A stretch of DNA of 64,000 nucleotides from the human T2T-CHM13v2.0 reference genome, Homo sapiens: the NCBI RefSeq assembly GCF_009914755.1, contig NC_060933.1; one strand, 5' to 3'. Under the pieces are notes generated by a model. The model was not told the origin of the DNA and searched no databases. It saw only the letters and a list, made by a program, of their open reading frames with translations. Positions 57,728-64,000 of the stretch are shown piece after piece. Position 1 is the stretch's first letter, and every line of letters starts with the position of its first letter. The position numbers and the translations under genes are program-made.

Positions 57728-59400
57728 ATGACTGAAGGACGGAGCTATAGGACTCAAAAGACCCTGGTCTTGAAGCCAGAAAGACCTGGCTTTGCCAGTA
57801 GCATGGTATTTCAATTAAGTATGATTAAACACTCTTCGAGGGAATAGAAAGGGGAAGGAAGAATGGAGATGGATCATTTGTTTCATGCCTTTTACTTACG
57901 TGTAAGGAATTATGAGCAGGTGCCTATGGATTTTGGAATATGCTTCTCTAACACTATAAAAATTAGAAAGTGAAACTTATAGCCACAAATGTCCATTTAA
58001 AATTTCTAATGACAATGGAAGAAATTATTTAGACTCTCTCCTAAACTATTACACCATACATCATTGCAAAACATTTTTTTTCATTTTGCCCAACCTCCAC
58101 TCCTGTCATTCCACCACTCCTATAGTATCTAAAATATAGTTTCTTTTAGAGAGATTGGTGCACCACTCAACTTGTCAGCTTGAGGGCTTTGAATGGTGTT
58201 TTCTTTTTTTTTTTTAATTTCATGGCAAGCTGACTTACAAGTGACTCAACTGTAAGCTAAGACTTATTAATAGCATGGTTTAACCACCAAAGATAATGAA
58301 TTCAAACAATGTTACTCACAGCCTTTAATGTCACAGCCCCTAAAAACATTGAAATGTACATTTTTCACCTGCTAATCATCTTCAGTATTCTGGAGAGGAA
58401 ATATTCTTTCCTGTCCTTACAGTGGTTGTATATCTTAAAAGACGACTATATGACACTTGAATATTGATATTCAACCTTAACCAAAGCAGTCACAAGAATA
58501 CAAGCCATTGACCTCTGGCCTTTTAGATATGTTCCCAACAAGTTCATGTGTACCCAATGAAAAATGTTAAATAAACTGATAAACTTTAAACATTTAAAAA
58601 TATTTTATTTATTTACTTGCCACAGCTAGATAAGAGGAACTGGGTTAATTTTGAAACTCTCAGCTTCCTTTCCTCTAAACCAGTAGCTATTGCTGGCCAC
58701 TAGTATGTTGTTTCCTTTGCAGGAAGTTGCAAAAATGAGAAAGAAAAAAACGAAAAACAAAACCAAGTTGGTATTATTTTTAGCTTTCTTCTTATTTGGA
58801 TATAGCTACAGTTCTTTTTCTTATGGTGATTAACATAACTATTCAAGAGAGAAGAACCAAGCAAAGGGGAGTAGTAGGGAATTAGTAGGGAATTGTGCCA
58901 AAGGACATATGGCAAGGTTATTGTCAGAAAGCTGAGCTGCTGAAATCCAGACAGTTTAAGAGCTTATCTGCTCTGCTCTGCTCCCACCTAGGAGGACTCC
59001 TACTACAATGCAAAGACTCAAGTTTCACCTTAATTAGGTCTTTCCCAGGCCAGGTATTAGTGACCTTGGGAAAAAAGTTTAAGCTTCTCAGCTTCAGATC
59101 TTCCTCTGAATATTAGCACTGTGGTAATTGGCACAGTGGTACCTAACCCTTTGAGGGTCCAGGATTGTTTTAATGGTGAGTGATTTACAAACTGAGTTTA
59201 AAAGAGCAAGGAGGATCCAATTTTGCAAAATTTCATTAACTCTGCTTAAGAAAACAGTATATTATATTAGCTTAGATCAGGAGTTGGGAATCTATAGCCT
59301 GCTACCATTTATTGTGTAGCCTGCAAATGGTTTTTACATTTTTAATACATTGGAAAAAAAATTAAAGAAGATTATTATTTCGTGATGTGAAAATTATACA

Positions 59401-60468
<1,068 letters not shown>

Positions 60469-61045
60469 ATGAAATTCAAATTTCAAACTTGTAGACATTT
60501 GCTCTCTCTCTTATTATATAAGTACCTACACAATGTCCTCAAATTTGCTTTTTGATCTGTAAAGACTAAGATATTTATCATCTAGTTTTACAGAAGAGTT
60601 TGCAGATCTTCTGGTTTAAAAGAGCAGGAGATTTAGTGTCAGGCAGGTTTGGATTGAGCCCAAGGGCTGCCATTTACTGATTGTATGACTTTGAGCAAGG
60701 TATTTATCTTTTCTAAGCCTCAATTTCCTCATCTATAAAATGGGCACACAAATAGTATTTACCTTGGAGAGTTAAATGGGATAATGCATTTAATGTGCTT
60801 AACACAGTGCCTATCAGATGCTTAGGGGCTCAAAACATTACTATTGTTGTTGCTGTTGTTGTTTTACCCTAAAGTAAATGAGACAAAATAGCAAAGCTAA
60901 ATGAGGAGGAATTTTTAAGTTACATCAGAAACTGTAATAGATTCTAAAATATTATAATTAAGAAATTTCATACTTATTTAAAAAGGCATTTTCAATTTAA
61001 CAATTTAACAATTTAACCCTCTTATAAGTTAGAAAAAAAAAAAAA

Positions 61046-61350
61046 GCCCGGCACAGTGGCTCACGCCTGTAATCCCAGCTCTTTAGGAGGCTGAGGTGGA
61101 TGGATCAGGAGGTCAGGAGTTCAAGACCAGCCTGGCTAACGTGGTGAAACCTCGTCTCTACTAAAAATACAAAAATTAGCTGGGCGTGGTGGTGCATACC
61201 TGTAATCCCAGCTACTCAGGAAGCTGAGGCAGGAGAATCGCTTGAACCCGGAGGCAGAGGTTGCAGTGAGCCAAGATCGTGCCACTGCACTCCAGCCTCG
61301 GCAACAGAGCAAGACTCCATCTCAAAAAGAAAAAAGAAATAAAAATAAAA
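61046..61350 (+). mobile_element. AluS
   Basis: Sense dimeric Alu. Confidence 0.9.
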
Positions 61351-61604
61351 AGTCATGCCCAGCTATTTTGGGAGAACTGAAATTACAACTCTATCTGAGA
61401 AAATAAAATGACAGGACTCCACAGAATCCATAGATAAAAATTTAACTGAAGAGGAATATGGAACAGACTAAAGGAAAAATTTTATCAAGCTGTAATCTTT
61501 ATACTTGTGCCTAAGGCCAGAACTTGAAACTGCTGAAGACAGTGTTTCTCTACAAATGCACACAGGCACCCCATTTTGATGCACAGATAGGTGTTTATTT
61601 CTTT

Positions 61605-62060
61605 TAAGAATAGCAGCTTTATTGAGATAAATTTCACATATGATACAATTCACCAATTTAAAGTGTACAAGTCAATGGTTTTCAGTATAATCAGAGTTGT
61701 ACTACCATCACCATAATCAATTTTAGAACATTTTCATCACCGCCCAAAAACCACTGTAGTCTCTCCCTAGTCCTCCACTCCTGGGAACCATTAATGTACT
61801 TTCTGTCTCTATAGATTTGCCTATTTTGGTTATTTTATATAAATGGAATCATACAACATGTGGTCTTTTGTGAATAGCTTTTTTCACTTACCATAATGTT
61901 TTCAAGATTGATTCATTTTGTAGCAGGTATCAGTCCTTTTTCCTGTTTATTGCCAAATAATTTTCCATTGTACGGATAGATCATATTTTGTTTATCCATT
62001 TGTCACATTTTGGTTGTCTATCAGTTGATAGATATTTGTGGTGCATTTAATTTTTGGCCA
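61605..62060 (-). mobile_element. L1MB-like 3' end
   Basis: CAGCTTTATTGAGATAAATTTCACATA...CTTTCTGTCTCTATAGATTTGCCTATT. Confidence 0.8.
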
Positions 62061-62177
62061 ATGTGTAAAACTTATTTTGCTCTCATTGAGGCTACATACT
62101 GTTACAACAATGCTATTTGGTCAACTTGACTGAGCTGGCCTCATAGGTTACAGGTTGTTCATTGTTAGAGATGAGAC

Positions 62178-62397
62178 TTTAGACCAGACTGGACAACATA
62201 GTGAGACCCTGTCTCTACCAAAAAGAAAAAGAAAAATTAGCCAGATGTAATGGCATATGACTGGAGTCCCAGCTACTTGGGAGGCTGAGATGGGAGGATC
62301 ACTTGAGCCCAGGAGTTTAGGACTGCAGTGAGCTGTGATCGTGCCAATGCAATCCATGCTGGGCGACAGAGTGAGACCCTGTCTCAAAAAACAGAAA
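62178..62397 (+). mobile_element. 5'-truncated AluJ
   Basis: GGGAGGATCACTTGAGCCCAGGAGTT. Confidence 0.85.
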
Positions 62398-63134
62398 GAG
62401 GGATTTTAGTATAACATTCAGCCAGTGCCATATTGGGAACCCACAAGAATGTACTTTTAAAAATATGTCAAAGAAGATGGTGAGGGCTGTAATAGCTGCT
62501 ATTCAGGCAGTAATGCAGTGCTGAAGGGACATCAAGCAAATAGTGTGATGCCTGTGGGTGCAATGTTACTCCTTCCCTTAGGTTGCCAAAAAAATCAATA
62601 CTTCATAGCATTCCTGAAACAAAAAAGCTTATGAACCATTGTGTTTAGGGCGTAAGCTATCTATTTTGGGCTACCCATCACAGCTTCTCTCCTTTGGCAG
62701 AATACAGTGAACTGAACCACCACACCTAAGGTATTTGCCTTATTTCTTCCTCAGCTGGTTCATGGTTACATTGTCAAAGCTGGCAAAGCATTCAAGACCT
62801 GATTTCTCAGACCGAGTGTATGTGTGAATATAATATACTCATTTGCACAAATATAAACCCTCTGTCTTAACTGTGTTCTGCAAAAGGCGTGGTAAATACT
62901 TTCAAGTTATATGTACTTATCAGTAGAACTAATGGAATACACACAGTATATTTTATGGGGAATTTCAGAGAAGGAAGGAAAAGTCAACCTTTTATTTGGC
63001 ATCAGGATAGTAGTAAAACATTCTACTTGTGCATCAGATAGATTTTTATGACCTAACCTGGACAAGTAACTTAACTCTTGGTGCCTCATGTTTGAAAGAG
63101 GGATAACACTCTACAGGGTCATTCTAAGAATTAC

Positions 63135-63830
63135 ATATTGCCAAAACACATGAAAAGATTCTCAACCTTGTTAGTAATCAAGGAAATGCAAATGAAGATC
63201 ACAATGAAGTCTTCTTTTGTACTCAATTGATTGGTGAAAAATGCATGCCTGATAATATTGACATACAGACCAATGAGATCTCTTATAATTTGCTGGGAAA
63301 ATGTATCAATTTGTACAAACATTTTGAAAAATAATTGTGCATTTTCTTGTGAAGTAAAACATTTGAATAATCTAGGACCCAGCAATTCAACTCTTAGACA
63401 CTCAAGAGGAAGTTGCACACACATATGTCAGGAAAAATGTTCATAGCAGCCCTGTTCATAAGAGCAAAACCTGGAACAATTGAGAGGAAATGAATAAATT
63501 GCCGTGTAGCCACACAATAGAATACAAGACAGCAGTGATGCTGAAAAATATAGCAAGCCTCAGGAGTTTATATATTATATGGATAATTTTATGAAGCTCA
63601 AAAACACCCAAAATTAAACAACATATTCTCTAAGTACATACGTGGGATATGTGATAAAACTAAAAAGAAAACAGGGAAGGATCAGCAATCCAGAACCAAT
63701 TCATGACTGTTGTTACTATCTTATGGGGCAGGCTGTGGATTGGAAGCGGGGGCGGTGCACATAGGTACGTGTAGCTTACTGGTAATGCTTTTATGTTAGG
63801 AATGAGGTCAAAGGAGTTCACTATAAATTT
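63135..63830 (+). mobile_element. Old L1ME 3' fragment
   Basis: CACATGAAAAGATTCTCAACCTTGTTAGTAATCAAGGAAATGCAAAT and ATGTTCATAGCAGC. Confidence 0.7.
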
Positions 63831-64000
63831 ATATTAGAAAGAAGGGCTATCTATGGATTAGTGATGAGAGTGTCATGCACCAGCAAATATGATTAATGAA
63901 CTTAGGTTACCTGAGGTCCAAATAAATAATGAGAAAAAAGTAAATAAAAGTGATGCATGAATACTAAAAATTTGGAATTACATATATAATATGTAATAAT

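Overview
Primate (human or great-ape) segmental-duplication DNA, most likely pericentromeric. I see no intact protein-coding gene. The window is a mosaic of four blocks. (1) 1-15.2 kb: dense L1/Alu array. (2) 15.2-20.9 kb: CpG-rich block holding about 1.7 units of genomic (non-retroposed) 5S rDNA repeat, joined to an inverted, diverged D4Z4-type segment. The 5S part has one near-complete 5S pseudogene with an intact D box, one deleted copy and a solo LTR2. The D4Z4 part has a DUX4-like ORF that keeps its C-terminal activation domain but has lost both homeoboxes. (3) 20.9-42.4 kb: Tigger1 with a MIR4477-type hairpin, a 1.9-kb CA-rich minisatellite, an inverted duplication seeding a 75-bp VNTR, and an unprocessed FRG1 pseudogene (exons 6-9 only, minus strand). 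(4) 42.4-64 kb: repeat-rich DNA with MaLR LTRs, a full-length THE1A, old L1/L2/MER elements and many Alus. From recall, the 5S-pseudogene/DUX4L/MIR4477/FRG1 combination resembles the 4q35-derived paralogous blocks such as those in the chr9 pericentromere; this is not verified. I found no convincing new biological system. The best leads are: a possible MST-LTR-driven, DUX4-responsive truncated FRG1 transcript; a 5S orphon with a largely intact promoter; a tailless L1 fragment flanked by a target-site duplication; and several templated-insertion scars. Repeat subfamily calls and most repeat boundaries are by eye and approximate.
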